Below are positions 20,127 through 31,385 of a stretch of 64,000 nucleotides of DNA, in pieces. Source of the DNA: an uncultured delta proteobacterium (lineage in GTDB: Bacteria; Desulfobacterota; Binatia; UBA9968); contig CAVXEP010000033.1 of NCBI GenBank assembly GCA_963760795.1, forward strand, positions 1-64,000, written 5' to 3'. Below the pieces are notes generated by a model that was not told the origin of the DNA, made no database searches, and was given only the letters and a program-made list of their open reading frames with translations. The first letter of the stretch is position 1. Each line of letters opens with the position of its first letter. A program made the position numbers and the translations under genes.

Positions 20127-21152
20127 ATGAATCAGCTGGCAGCGCAAGATAACGTCGAGCTCCTCGATCGCGACATGGCGGGTAAGAATCTTTCCGGGTA
20201 TTGGCGGCTCGGCATGGAGGGGTTGCCGGATTATCCGGTGACCGCGGTGAAGCCTTGTCTGTGGAAGTGGCAGGATATCCACGACAGCCTGGTGCGCGCG
20301 GGTGAGGTGATCAGCCTGGAGAACAGCGAACGCCGCGTCGTGCGGCTGGTCAATCCGGGTCTCGATCGCAAGCACGCCTTTGCGACGCACACGATCCAAG
20401 TTTCGTTTCAATATGTTAAACCCGGCGAGAACGCGCGGGCGCACCGCCACACGCCGGCGGCGCTGCGTTTCGTCGTCCAAGGCAGCGGCGCGTATACGAC
20501 GGTCAACGGCCAACAATGCGTCATGGAACCCGGCGATCTGATCCTCACGCCTAAGCTCACCTGGCACGATCATTCCAACGATTCGAAAGTGCCAATGCTT
20601 TGGCTCGACGGTTTGGACTTTCCTCTGGTGACGGCGCTGCATCAAGTCATGCAGGAGCGCTATCCCGAGCGCCGCCAGCCGATCGAGACAAACAGCGAAG
20701 CGGGGATCGGCGGCCTCAGCAGCGCGGTTCAAGGCGGGCCGTTAACGGAATTCTTCCACTACAAATGGCGCGACACAGAGCCCGGGTTGCGCGCCCTGGC
20801 CAAATCGGCGAATGCGCGAGATCGTTTTGACGGCTATCTGCTCGAATATCGCAATCCGCTCACCGGCGGGCCGACGATGACGACAATGCAATGCGCGGTG
20901 CAGCTTCTGTCAGCGCAGGAAGAGACGGACGCGCATCGCCATACGAGCACGGTGATGTATCACGCGTTTCGCGGCAGTGGCACGACAGAGGTCGGCGAGC
21001 AGCGCTTCGACTGGCAGCAGGGCGACACCTTCGTGGTGCCGCTCTGGCACGCGCACCGGCATAGGAACGCCTCATCCGACGAGGCGATTCTTTTCTCCAT
21101 CAGCGATGCCCCGGCGCTCAAAGCGCTCGATCTTTATCGCGAAGAGTTCTGA
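20127..21152 (+). CDS. Gentisate 1,2-dioxygenase-type bicupin (second paralog)
   Basis: ERRVVRLVNPGL, AHRHTPAALRF, WHDHSN, WLDGLDFP; GGAGGT RBS. Confidence 0.9.
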   Translation: MNQLAAQDNVELLDRDMAGKNLSGYWRLGMEGLPDYPVTAVKPCLWKWQDIHDSLVRAGEVISLENSERRVVRLVNPGLDRKHAFATHTIQVSFQYVKPGENARAHRHTPAALRFVVQGSGAYTTVNGQQCVMEPGDLILTPKLTWHDHSNDSKVPMLWLDGLDFPLVTALHQVMQERYPERRQPIETNSEAGIGGLSSAVQGGPLTEFFHYKWRDTEPGLRALAKSANARDRFDGYLLEYRNPLTGGPTMTTMQCAVQLLSAQEETDAHRHTSTVMYHAFRGSGTTEVGEQRFDWQQGDTFVVPLWHAHRHRNASSDEAILFSISDAPALKALDLYREEF

Positions 21153-21169
21153 GCTTAAGAGGATTGATT

Positions 21170-22138
21170 ATGGCTGGCAGCGCACGCGCCTTTCAAGCGC
21201 ATGGTCCCACTGCTATTCTGTCTCCAAGCGATGTGCTTGCTGGCCGCGGCGCAGCCGGCGTTGGCGTTGGAAGAAATTCTGATTTCCTACGCCGGGCCGA
21301 GCATCACGTTTTTGCCCGCCGAGGTGGCGCGCCAGCGAGGCTTCTTTCGCGAGCACAATCTCGACGTCAAGCTGCTGCTCACGCGCACCGAGGTCGATCG
21401 CGCCGCGCTGGCCAGCGGCAACCTATATTACACGCTCAGAGCCGGCTCGACGTTCGTTTCGGCGGCCAGAGGTTTGCCGGTGCGCATCGTGTTTCTCGGC
21501 ACGACCAAACCGTTTTGGGGGTTGGTCGTGCGCCCGGAGATTCAAGTCGGTAAGCGATCTCAAGGGAAAATCGATGGGCGTGCCCTGGGCTGCTCGGTTC
21601 ACAGCAGATTTCGGCCAAGTTTATTCTCAAGCAAGGCGGCCTGGATCCGGATCGCGACATTATTTATCGCGTCGTCGACACCGGCACCCGCATCGGCGGC
21701 ATGCTCTCCGGCTCCATCGACAGCGCGATGATGGATTACGGCGAAGCATTTCGGGCCAAGAAGATGGGCCTCAAGCTTTTGATCAACGCCGCCGATTATC
21801 ACGGCCTGCTCGCCGGCGGGCTCGGCGTCAACAGCGGCAAACTGCGCGATCAACCCGATCAAGTGCGGCGCGTGATCCGAGCGATGCTCCAAGCGCTGCG
21901 CTACCTGCGGGAAAATCCTGAAGGCACGCAGCAGATTATGATGAGTTGGCTGAAGCTCGATCGCGAAATGGCGACCGAGATCTATCAGATGGCGATCAAC
22001 AACTACACGAGAAACGGCATGGTCGAGGATGCAATGCTGAATTCGCTGGTCACAACCATGCTGGCGGAAGCCGGCATCAAAGGCGTTGCGCCGTCGCAGC
22101 TCACCGATTTCACGCTGCTGCAGCAAGCGCTCAAGTAG
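21170..22138 (+). CDS. NMT1/TauA-like substrate-binding protein (several +1 frameshifts)
   Basis: Fragments 21201-21731 (RGFFREHNLDVKL) and 21701-22138 (MLSGSIDSAM...DFTLLQQALK) join if single extra bases are removed. Confidence 0.75.
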
Positions 22139-22141
22139 TTC

Positions 22142-22666
22142 ATGTTGGGAAATTTGACGGCAAAGCTTTCGCGCTCATTGGGTCATTGCTGGGCGTTCTT
22201 CCTGCCATTGTATTTGCTCGCCGCGGCGTCGTTGGACTCCAGCGAAGTGACCAACGGCGAGTATCTAAAGTTCCTCCTGGCGACCCGCCACGCTGCGCCG
22301 GAGTACTGGGTCAATGGCCGCTTTCCTGCCGGCAAAGACAACGAACCGGTCGTGCTCGTCAACTTTCATGATGCGAGTGGCTACTGCCGCTTCGTTGGGC
22401 GTCGATTGCCGACGGTCGATGAATGGAAGTCGACTTGCGAAGCGGGCAAGCTCAAAAAGCGCGGCGATATTTGGGAATGGACTTCAACCGACGTCGATAT
22501 CAGCGGACAAACCTATAAAGCTCTGTGCGGTCCAGCGAACACGTGCGACTGCTCGCATCGTTACTTGCCGCAGTGGAAGAACGAAGTGAAAGGTTTTCGC
22601 TGCGTGCAGGATCAGACGCCGGTGACTTGGTTGCCGGAGTTGTTTCAAGGGGAAGGGGTCTTGTAG
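22142..22666 (+). CDS. Short FGE-sulfatase (SUMF1/C-type lectin-like fold) protein with signal peptide
   Basis: EVTNGEYLKF, PVVLVNFHDASGYC, RLPTVDEW, GDIWEWT, GFRC. Confidence 0.8.
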   Translation: MLGNLTAKLSRSLGHCWAFFLPLYLLAAASLDSSEVTNGEYLKFLLATRHAAPEYWVNGRFPAGKDNEPVVLVNFHDASGYCRFVGRRLPTVDEWKSTCEAGKLKKRGDIWEWTSTDVDISGQTYKALCGPANTCDCSHRYLPQWKNEVKGFRCVQDQTPVTWLPELFQGEGVL

Positions 22667-22723
22667 ATAAGCTCGTTGAGCCGAGCGATCCTCTAGCGTA
22701 TCGGCGGCGAGTTGGTTAAAGCT

Positions 22724-23961
22724 TTACTGCGTGCTGTCGTCGTCGAGGATCGCAGACTTTTCACGCTCGCGATCCAGCGTATAAAGATCCTGGGGCTTGC
22801 CGACGCCGCGCAGGGCGTAGCGGCCGACCGAAACGAGAAGGGTTTTTGGCTCGCCGATGGCCGAAGCGAAAGCGGACGATACCAGCAGGGGTTGATCGAC
22901 GGAGCGGCATAGGCCGGCGATGCGGCTCACTTCATTGACGGCGGGGCCGACGACGGTGAAATCGAGTCGCTCGCGGCTGCCGATGTTGCCGTAGTAGACT
23001 TCGCCAATGTGCAGACCCAGATACATGTCGGTGGTCGGTAGATTGTCGCCGCTGCGCCGTTGATTGACCAAGGCCACCGCGGCCCGGGCGCTCTCGGCGG
23101 CGGCCAATGCGGCGTGGCAAGCGCTGGCGCGGTCGTCCGCGGTAAAAATCGCCAGCGTGCCGTCGCCCATCAGCTTGAGAACATCGCCGCCGCAATCGTG
23201 GATCGCCGATAGGATCGCATCGGCGTATTCATTCAGCAGCGGAATAATCTGCTCAGGCTCGGCTGAGTCGCTGATTCTGGTGTAATTGCGCAGGTCGCTG
23301 AACCACAGAACCGCTTCGATACGATCGGCGACACCACGCCTGATGCTCCCTGCCAATACTTTTCGTCCAGCGTCCCGGCCGAGGTAAGTTTCGACCAAGG
23401 TTCCGGCGATGCGGGCGAGGGAGGCCGACTTCATGGCGAGCGCGAAGGAGGGCATCAGCCGTGCGAGATCGCCAACAATCGTGTCGTCAAAGCCTTGAGG
23501 CCGGTCGGTTGCCCAGGAGGAATAAACGCAATCCATCTCTCCGACCACACCCTCGGCGGCGAATCGGTTGGCCATGGCGATGTAGTCGGTAATCGCTTCG
23601 GTCTTGAGATCAGCGAAGATTGGAAATTCGGATATGGTCGCGGCAGTCAAGCGGCGCCTGAAAAGTTGTTCGCCGGAAAGTTCCAGACGGTAAAATGGGC
23701 TGCGCTCCCAACGATCCTCGTCCATCGTCGCTACGGCCGAACTCCGAGAGCATTGTCTCCATCTTTTCGCGTTTCCAGGTGAAAGCGCGGCCCTGGTAAA
23801 CCGGATGCAAGGTGTCGATGACAACGTTGGCGCGAGCGAGCGGTACGCCGAGAGCCAGCAGGCGCTCGCAAACTCCGGTCAATATTGCCGATTCGCCCAA
23901 TCCTGACAGGCCCGGCTTCGGTGATCCAGGTCACCAACGAGTCCACTTCAGAGTCTTTCAT
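22724..23961 (-). CDS. Class III adenylate/guanylate cyclase (two +1 frameshifts in the 5' part)
   Basis: WFSDLRNYT, KLMGDG, GLHIGEV.YGNIG, DFTVVGPAVNEVSRI; N-terminal fragments 23731-23961 and 23610-23900. Confidence 0.85.
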
Positions 23962-24084
23962 ATGGGGAATGCTATATCACAGGCGGTGCCGGCCTGCCGA
24001 TTACCGTGATCGAGAAAAAACGTTTCCCTTTCCTAGGCAAACTAGGATAAAAATTGAACCGGATTCAAATTGAGGAGCCTATAC

Positions 24085-25806
24085 ATGGAAACCAACAAAA
24101 CCGTGACCGTTCAAGTCGAAACCGTCGGCCAGGCTTACCTGGAAGTTCTGCGCGCGCGCGGGATCAAATATTTCTTCGGCAATAGCGGCACGGACTTTGG
24201 GCCGGTCATCGACGCGTTGGCGCGGTTTGGCGCGGAGAAAAAAATCCATCCCATGCCGATCACCGTGCCGCATGAATTTGTCGCGGTCAGCATGGCCCAG
24301 GGTTATGCGATGATTACCGGCGAGCCGCAGGTGGTGATGGTTCACGTCATCGTCGGCACGGGCAACGCGTCCGCGGCGGTGATGAACGCGTCGCGGCTCA
24401 ATGTGCCGATGATTTTTTCCGCCGGTAGGACGCCGCTTACCGAGGAAGGGTTTGTCGGGAGTCGGAGCAACTTCATCCACTGGGGGCAGGAGTCCTTCGA
24501 TCAGGGCGGCTTGCTGCGCGAGTTCACTCGGTGGGATTACGAACTGCGCAATGGCGACCAAGTCGAAACCGTAGTCGATCGCGCGCTGGAAATGGCGCTC
24601 GGCACGCCGCAGGGTCCGGTCTATTTGACCCTGCCGCGCGAAGTGCTGGCGCAAAAGATGGACTCGATCACGATCCATCCGAACCGCAAGGCCCAGGCCG
24701 AACCGTCGCAGCCGAGCGCGGCATCGATCAAGCGCACGGCGGAAATCTTGCGCGGTGCTGTCAACCCGCTGATTATCACCGGCCGGCTGGGTTCCGATCC
24801 GACGGCGATGAGCGCGCTGGTTTCGTTCGCCGAAGCATTGGTGGCGCCCGTGGTTACGCCGGCGAGTCCGTTCGTGAGTTTTCCCAACACCCATGATTTT
24901 CATTTGGGCGTCAGCTCCGCGCCCTATATCAAAGACGCCGATGTCGTTGTCGTCGTCGAGTCGGACGTGCCGTGGTACCCGTTTCAGGGCAAGCCGCCGG
25001 AAAATGGTAAGGTCATTCAGATCGCGCGCGACCCGAACTACGGCGCTATTCCGATCCGCAACTTTCCCAAAGATATTTCCATCGGCGGCGATCCAAAGCT
25101 CGCGCTGGAATTGCTGGCGCAGGAATTAACCAGCGGGCCGCGCAATGAAAAATTGCTCGCCGAGCGCGCCGAGAAGATTCGCGCCGAGCGCAAACGCTAC
25201 CGCGAACGATTGCAACAAAGAGTCGAGCACGCGAGCCACGAAAGGCCGATCAGCCATACCTGGCTGGCGCACTGCGTCGAACAGGTGCGAGACCAAGACA
25301 CGCTGGTGCTAAGCGATCATGGCATCGGCAACGAAGTGCTCAACTTGAGCGAGCCGGCCAGCTATTTCGGCGGTTCGCCGGCCGGCGGACTCGGCTGGGG
25401 CATCGGCGGCGGCTTGGGCATGAAGCTGGCGCGGCCGGAAAAAACCGTGATCGTCACCGCCGGGGACGGAACTTATATGTTCAACAACCCGACAGCCTGT
25501 CATTTCGTTTCCGAGGCTTATGACTTGCCGCTGCTGACGATCGTTTGCAACAACGCCATCTGGCACTCTACCAAGGCCGCGACCCAACAGGTCATGCCGG
25601 ACGGTTGGGCCGTAAGCACGGGTAACTTTCCGCTGACTGCGTTAGCGCCGTCGCCGCGCTACGAAAAAGTCGTCGAGGCCCATGGCGGCTACGGCGAGAT
25701 GGTCGACGACCCGCAACAAGTGCTGCCGGCGCTCAAGCGCGCCCTTAAAGTCGTCAAAGAGGAGAAGCGCCAGGCGGTGCTCAATGTGATTTGCGGATCT
25801 CATTAG
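24085..25806 (+). CDS. Thiamine-diphosphate-dependent enzyme (acetolactate synthase/benzoylformate decarboxylase-like)
   Basis: FGNSGTDF, PHEFVA, GDG...NN ThDP motif; GAGGAG RBS. Confidence 0.9.
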   Translation: METNKTVTVQVETVGQAYLEVLRARGIKYFFGNSGTDFGPVIDALARFGAEKKIHPMPITVPHEFVAVSMAQGYAMITGEPQVVMVHVIVGTGNASAAVMNASRLNVPMIFSAGRTPLTEEGFVGSRSNFIHWGQESFDQGGLLREFTRWDYELRNGDQVETVVDRALEMALGTPQGPVYLTLPREVLAQKMDSITIHPNRKAQAEPSQPSAASIKRTAEILRGAVNPLIITGRLGSDPTAMSALVSFAEALVAPVVTPASPFVSFPNTHDFHLGVSSAPYIKDADVVVVVESDVPWYPFQGKPPENGKVIQIARDPNYGAIPIRNFPKDISIGGDPKLALELLAQELTSGPRNEKLLAERAEKIRAERKRYRERLQQRVEHASHERPISHTWLAHCVEQVRDQDTLVLSDHGIGNEVLNLSEPASYFGGSPAGGLGWGIGGGLGMKLARPEKTVIVTAGDGTYMFNNPTACHFVSEAYDLPLLTIVCNNAIWHSTKAATQQVMPDGWAVSTGNFPLTALAPSPRYEKVVEAHGGYGEMVDDPQQVLPALKRALKVVKEEKRQAVLNVICGSH

Positions 25807-26079
25807 ACCGGATCATTCAGATTTTTGTTGCTTTTAACTCGTTTGTCTTTACGGCAAGCAGATGGGAATCAGCATTTTCGATTCTTCATCGGAAACGGCC
25901 GCTCGCAGCGCCGTTAAAGCACTCGGTGTCAATCCACAGTATGACGTGATGTTGTCGCAGAGCGGCAATTAGAATCCTTATTGTTGCCAGCAAACGCTTG
26001 AACCGAGTACAATCGCATATCCGACTGCGTCAAGGCGGGGTCGTCTTGAGCTAGCTAACCGGTTTGACCTGCGTAAGCT

Positions 26080-27024
26080 ATGGAAGCAATAAGAAAATAT
26101 TTAGCGGCATTAAAGCATATATTGATCGCGGCGCCGGTTCTTCTAACCCTCCTCGGAGTCCTCCATTTTCCCTATGACGTTGACGCGCCGCTAACGCAGC
26201 AGGAGATCGCGGCCGCGCAAAAATATTATGCCGACGCCTATCGAGCGCCGGTAACCGAAGGGCCAACAACCGAATACGAAACGAAATATCTTCGCCTCGC
26301 GGAGGTGGCGGCAAAAGCGCTTCGAATCGAAGAGCAGGTAGCCGCGTTTGCTCGAGAGTTCAACTTGAGCAGTCGGACGATTTTGGAAATCGGATCGGGA
26401 CGAGGATACTTGCAGGATGTTGTCGAAAACTATACCGGGCTCGACATCTCTACGAGCGTGGCGCGTTTTTACCATAAGAAATTTGTCCTAGGCTCTGCCA
26501 CGGCGTTGCCGTTCCCCGACGACAGCTTTGACGGTGTCTGGTCAATCTGGGTATTCGAGCATGTGCCCAATCCCGAACAGGCATTTCGCGAGGCTCGACG
26601 GGTTACACGAGATAACGGAGTCATTTTTTTACTACCAGCCTGGAATTGTGTGTCTTGGGCGGCCGAGGGTTATGAACCAAGACCCTATGCCGATTTCGAT
26701 CTGGCCGGCAAACTAATCAAGGCGAGTCTTATCATGCGAGCCGACCCGGCGTTTAGGATTGCCAGCCTTTTGCCGATTCGCGCGGTACGCACTCTGACCG
26801 CTCAATTCGGCCCAACACGACTGAGATATCGACGTCTAACGCCGAATTACGAAAAGTATTGGGTGCCCGACAGCGACGCGGTGAATTCGATCGACCGGCA
26901 GGAAGCCAAGTTGTGGTTTCTGAGTCGAGGCGATGAATGTGTTGACTGCGCAGGAGCGCTGTCTGACTTTTCCTCGGCCCTCATCATTCGCGTGCATAAA
27001 AGTCGGCCAGTAAGACAAAGCTGA
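26080..27024 (+). CDS. Class I SAM-dependent methyltransferase with N-terminal hydrophobic anchor (copy 1)
   Basis: LEIGSGRG, GLDIS, LPFPDDSFD, VFEHVPNP. Confidence 0.85.
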   Translation: MEAIRKYLAALKHILIAAPVLLTLLGVLHFPYDVDAPLTQQEIAAAQKYYADAYRAPVTEGPTTEYETKYLRLAEVAAKALRIEEQVAAFAREFNLSSRTILEIGSGRGYLQDVVENYTGLDISTSVARFYHKKFVLGSATALPFPDDSFDGVWSIWVFEHVPNPEQAFREARRVTRDNGVIFLLPAWNCVSWAAEGYEPRPYADFDLAGKLIKASLIMRADPAFRIASLLPIRAVRTLTAQFGPTRLRYRRLTPNYEKYWVPDSDAVNSIDRQEAKLWFLSRGDECVDCAGALSDFSSALIIRVHKSRPVRQS

Positions 27025-27143
27025 TGTTGCAGAGGCCGAGGTACGCCGTCTCCCACACGCCGCATTGCGTAACCGTGGGGCGAATTTGCCGACAGGCAGC
27101 GACATTTCTGCCCGCCGATCTAGCCTTTTTTGCAGGTGAGGTA

Positions 27144-28079
27144 GTGGAAGCAGTCATGAAGTATTTGATCGCATTGAGAAATGTCACGTTCGCCGCACTG
27201 TTTCTGACAATCCTCCTCGGCGTCCTCCATTTTCCCTATGACGTTGACGCGCCGCTGACGCAGCAGGAGATTGCGGCCGCGCAAAAATATTATACCGACG
27301 CCTATCGAGCGCCGGTCAGCGAAAGCCAGACAAAAACCGAGTACGAAACGAAATATCTTCGCGTCGCCGAGGCAGCCGCCAAAGGTTTTCGAATTGAAGA
27401 GCAGGTAACGGCGTTTGTTAAGGAATTCAAACTAGGCGATCGCCCGGTTTTGGAGATCGGCTCTGGAAGAGGGTATTTGCAGGATGTCGCGGAAAACTAT
27501 ACTGGACTCGATATCTCTCCCAGCGTGGCGCGTTTTTACCACAAGAAATTTGTCCTAGGCTCGGCCACGGCAATGCCGTTTCCCGACGATAGTTTTGACG
27601 GAGTGTGGTCCATCTGGGTGTTCGAGCATGTGCCCAATCCCGAACAGGCATTTCGTGAGGCACGACGGGTTACACGGGATAAGGGCGTGATGTTTCTGTT
27701 GCCAGCCTGGAATTGTTCATCTTGGGCTGCCGAGGGTTATGAAGTTAGACCCTATTCCGATTTCGATTTGACCGGGAAGCTCGTCAAAGCGAGCATTCCC
27801 GTGCGCTCTGCGCCGGTCTTTAGGATCGCCAGTCTTTTGCCGATTCGCGGCGTGCGCGCTATGGCCGCTCGATTCGGTCCAACCGGATTGAGATATCGAC
27901 GTCTTACACCGAATTACGAACAATATTGGGTGCCCGACAGCGACGCGGTGAATTCGATCGACCGGCACGAAGCCAAGTTGTGGTTTATGAGTCGGGGCGA
28001 CGAGTGCCTCAACTGTGAAGATGCGCTGCTTGATTCTTCCGGGCCGCTGATTATTCGGGTTCACAAGTCGGCCAGCTAA
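27144..28079 (+). CDS. Class I SAM-dependent methyltransferase with N-terminal hydrophobic anchor (copy 2)
   Basis: Co-linear paralog of 26080; GTG GAA GCA start aligns with ATG GAA GCA of copy 1 (alternative ATG at 27156). Confidence 0.85.
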   Translation: MEAVMKYLIALRNVTFAALFLTILLGVLHFPYDVDAPLTQQEIAAAQKYYTDAYRAPVSESQTKTEYETKYLRVAEAAAKGFRIEEQVTAFVKEFKLGDRPVLEIGSGRGYLQDVAENYTGLDISPSVARFYHKKFVLGSATAMPFPDDSFDGVWSIWVFEHVPNPEQAFREARRVTRDKGVMFLLPAWNCSSWAAEGYEVRPYSDFDLTGKLVKASIPVRSAPVFRIASLLPIRGVRAMAARFGPTGLRYRRLTPNYEQYWVPDSDAVNSIDRHEAKLWFMSRGDECLNCEDALLDSSGPLIIRVHKSAS

Positions 28080-28310
28080 CCTGACCGCTCGTGATGCGCA
28101 GGCGCGGAGCCGGTGGCTCTCGAGAAATTTAGGGTCACGGCAAATCGTTCGCCAGTCATCGAAAGCTTCCGCGCGCTCTGAAGGTTTCAAAGAGGAAACG
28201 GCAAGCTGTTCTGCGGGGGTGATGCAATGATATCAAGGGTTAGGCGTATGGGGTTAGGTCTTCGCCCGGTTTCGATCACCTATGCGAATCTAATTTGGTT
28301 TAGTCGCGTT

Positions 28311-29425
28311 ATGAAAATTGCGCCGCGATTTTTTTTCGTTGTTGCGGTTTTGCTTGCAGCAACCGCCGACTTTGGCTTCCGCCCAGACGAACTGGCAGGC
28401 GGAGTGGGACAAGACTGTTGCGAGCCGCCGAGTCGGAAGGGCAGTTGACCTTGTACGGTTGTTGCTACGACTACGACCGGGTTCTCGAAGGCTTCAAAAA
28501 GAAATATCCCAAACTCAAAGTCTCGACGGTGCTTAGCGGAGGCCAATTAGCGGCGCGGATTCTTGCCGAACGGCGCGGCGAGAAATATCTCGTGGACGTT
28601 GTCAGCTCGGGCGCCAATACCCTGCACGACGCGCTCCACAAGGCGCACGCGCTCGACCCGATCAAGCCGGCGCTGCTGCTTCCTGAGGTTGTCGATCAAT
28701 CGAAATGGTACGACGGCGAGCACCGTTACATCGATACGGAAAGGCGTTACATATTCGCCTTCAACGCCAACTCGCAGTCCGGCCAAATTACTTACAACCT
28801 CAAGCAGGTCAATCCTGGCGAATTCAAATCCTACTGGGATCTGTTGAATTCGAAGTGGAAGGGCAAGCTGCTCTCGCTCGATCCGACGAGCTTCGGTATG
28901 GGTACCACGCTGCAATTTTATTACCATCACCCGGAGCTCGGCCCGCCGTTTCTCAGGAAACTTTATGGCGAAATGCAAATCACGACCGGCCGCGACCCGC
29001 GCCAGATGACCGACTGGCTATCAACGGGAAAGTTTCCGGTGTGCATCCGGTGCAACGCCGGCAGCGAAATCGGCAAAGCGGTGCAGCAGCAATTGCCGAT
29101 CGGTTATTTCGACACAGATGAATGGAAAGAGGGCGGTAGCCTCAGCGCGGCCGGCGGCACGCTCGGCATCCCGACGCGCGCGCCGCATCCCAACGCGGCC
29201 AAGGTTTTTATCAACTGGCTGCTGTCCCGCGAAGGACAGATGGCGTTGCAGAAATTGGGGCGCCCCGACGCGCACAACTCACGGCGTATCGATATCCCCA
29301 AGGACGACGTCGATCCAACCAATCGCTTGGACCCGGGAAAAAAATATTTCGATCTGGCCAAACCCGAGTACCAGGATCTGACGCCGATCTTCAAACTTGT
29401 CAAAGAAGTGCTGCCGCAAAAATAG
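28311..29425 (+). CDS. Extracellular solute-binding protein (frameshifts in the 5' end)
   Basis: WQAEWDKTV (28318 frame), then AAESEGQLTLYG, SYWDLLNSKWKGK, APHPNAAKVFINWLLSREGQ. Confidence 0.8.
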
Positions 29426-29642
29426 CTTCACTTTGCTCCGATATTTGGGGAAGAATCTCCCCGAACCCTTCATTTTCAATCTCTGTGCGTCGATTCCTCG
29501 TAGCTTGCAGCGAGGCAGTTCATTGTTGATCGCGCGATTTCGCCCGCAGCGGATCCAGCGTGCGCCGTGGAACGAAACCCGTTCTCCTTCGTCTAAGGTT
29601 ATCGTAAGCCTTGTGCCGATCGACCTAACGGAGGGGATATCT

Positions 29643-31385
29643 ATGTCCAATTGTCGTGTTATTAGAACGATTCGCTTGCCGATTATGCTGGCGATTCTCG
29701 CCTTGTTCTTGGGCGCCTGTAGCCTAGAGACCGAGATGCAGCCAGCAGAAAAGCTGCAAAACGCTTCGAGCGCGCAAAGCTACGAGTCAAAGGCACCGTT
29801 GCCGCCACCCACGCCGGGCAGACCAAGCGCGAGCAGCGATTCGCTACGACGCATGCCAGAATCCGCTCGCACGGGTGGCGCAATCATGTCACCGTATCCT
29901 TACCCCCAGCCGCCTTATTATCCGCGTCCGCCAGTCATTCCTCCGAATACCGATCGCTTCTCCGATAAAGAACCGACGAGCGTGCTCAGCGCCGCCGAGC
30001 ATCCGGTGTCGACCTTCAGCGTCGATGTCGACACGGCGTCCTATGCTTTCGTTCGCCGCAGTCTCACCGGCGGTCGTATGCCGCCGCGGGAATCTGTTCG
30101 CGTCGAGGAGATGGTCAACTATTTTCCGTATGCGTATTCCTCACCCGAGAATCGCGCCCAGCCGTTTCGCGTGACCACGACCGTAATGCCGAGTCCCTGG
30201 GCAGCGGAGAATCAGCTGCTCCACATTGGTATTCGCGGCTACGATATCGCGCGCAGTGAAAGGCCGCGCGCCAACCTCGTGCTCTTGATCGACACCTCGG
30301 GTTCGATGCAGCCGAGCGATCGTCTGCCGTTGTTGCAGCAGGGCTTTCGCCTGTTTGTCCAGCAATTGCGCGACGATGACCGGGTTGCCATCGTCACCTA
30401 TGCGGGCCAGGCGCAAACTGCCCTCGATCCGACCCTAGGGCGGGATAAGCAAAAGATTCTCGACGCCATCGACAACCTTCGAGCTTCCGGATCGACTGCG
30501 GGCGGCGAGGGCTTGCAGCGCGCTTACGCTCTCGCTGAACGCCACTTCGACAAAGAAGCGGTGAACCGCGTGGTTCTCGGCACCGACGGCGACTTCAACG
30601 TCGGTATTACCAATCCAAAAGATCTCGAACGCTTCATCGCCGCCAAGCGCAAGACCGGGATCTATCTATCGATCCTCGGCGTTGGTGTCGGCAACCTCAA
30701 CGACGCGCTAATGCAGCGGCTGGCGCAGGCCGGCAACGGCAACGCCGCGTATATCGATTCCTTGCTCGAAGCGCGCAAGGCGATGAGCGAAGAACTGTCG
30801 TCGACCCTGTTTCCGATCGCCGATGATGTGAAAATCCAAGTAGAGTTCAACCCAATGCAGGTAGCCGAATACCGGTTGATTGGCTATGAGACACGCATGT
30901 TAAAGCGCGAGGATTTCAACGATGACAAGGTCGACGCCGGCGACATCGGCGCCGGCCACACCGTGACGGCGATCTACGAGATCACTCCCGTGGGCGCGAA
31001 ACAACGCCGGCTCGATGCGCTGCGTTATCAGCAAGAGCGCGAGCGATCGGCGCCGCCTACCACCGCGCGCGCGGATGAGATGGCTTTCGTCAAACTGCGC
31101 TACAAACTTCCCGGTGAAACCAATAGCCGTCTCATCGAGCAGCCGGTGCGTGGGACCGACGCGCTGGCGAAGGTCGAAGCCGCGCCGGCGGAGCAGCGCT
31201 TTGCCACTGCTGTCGCAGCCTTTGGCCAACGACTGCGCGGCGAGAATGCCGTAGACAGTTTTAGCTATGGGAAGATTGCCGAGCTGGCAAATGGCGCCCG
31301 CGGCGCGGACCCGGAAGGCTACCGTGCTGAGTTCGTCCGGCTAGTGCGCATGGCGGAAACTTTGGGTGCAGTGGCGCAACGCTGA
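29643..31385 (+). CDS. VWA-domain lipoprotein, YfbK-like
   Basis: Lipobox FLGAC; PVSTFSVDVDTASY, MIDAS motif DTSGSM, TDGDFNVG, YRLIGYETR. Confidence 0.9.
   Translation: MSNCRVIRTIRLPIMLAILALFLGACSLETEMQPAEKLQNASSAQSYESKAPLPPPTPGRPSASSDSLRRMPESARTGGAIMSPYPYPQPPYYPRPPVIPPNTDRFSDKEPTSVLSAAEHPVSTFSVDVDTASYAFVRRSLTGGRMPPRESVRVEEMVNYFPYAYSSPENRAQPFRVTTTVMPSPWAAENQLLHIGIRGYDIARSERPRANLVLLIDTSGSMQPSDRLPLLQQGFRLFVQQLRDDDRVAIVTYAGQAQTALDPTLGRDKQKILDAIDNLRASGSTAGGEGLQRAYALAERHFDKEAVNRVVLGTDGDFNVGITNPKDLERFIAAKRKTGIYLSILGVGVGNLNDALMQRLAQAGNGNAAYIDSLLEARKAMSEELSSTLFPIADDVKIQVEFNPMQVAEYRLIGYETRMLKREDFNDDKVDAGDIGAGHTVTAIYEITPVGAKQRRLDALRYQQERERSAPPTTARADEMAFVKLRYKLPGETNSRLIEQPVRGTDALAKVEAAPAEQRFATAVAAFGQRLRGENAVDSFSYGKIAELANGARGADPEGYRAEFVRLVRMAETLGAVAQR

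Noticed and set aside
22142-22666. Diversity-generating retroelement target
   Set aside because: No reverse transcriptase and no template/variable repeat pair seen in the window
28130-28200. c-di-GMP-I riboswitch-like GGCAAA...AAAGCTTCC
   Set aside because: Lacks the GAAA-tetraloop stem and the GACGCAAAG core
29397-29642. Long N-terminal extension of the VWA ORF
   Set aside because: RBS and lipoprotein signal support the start at 29643
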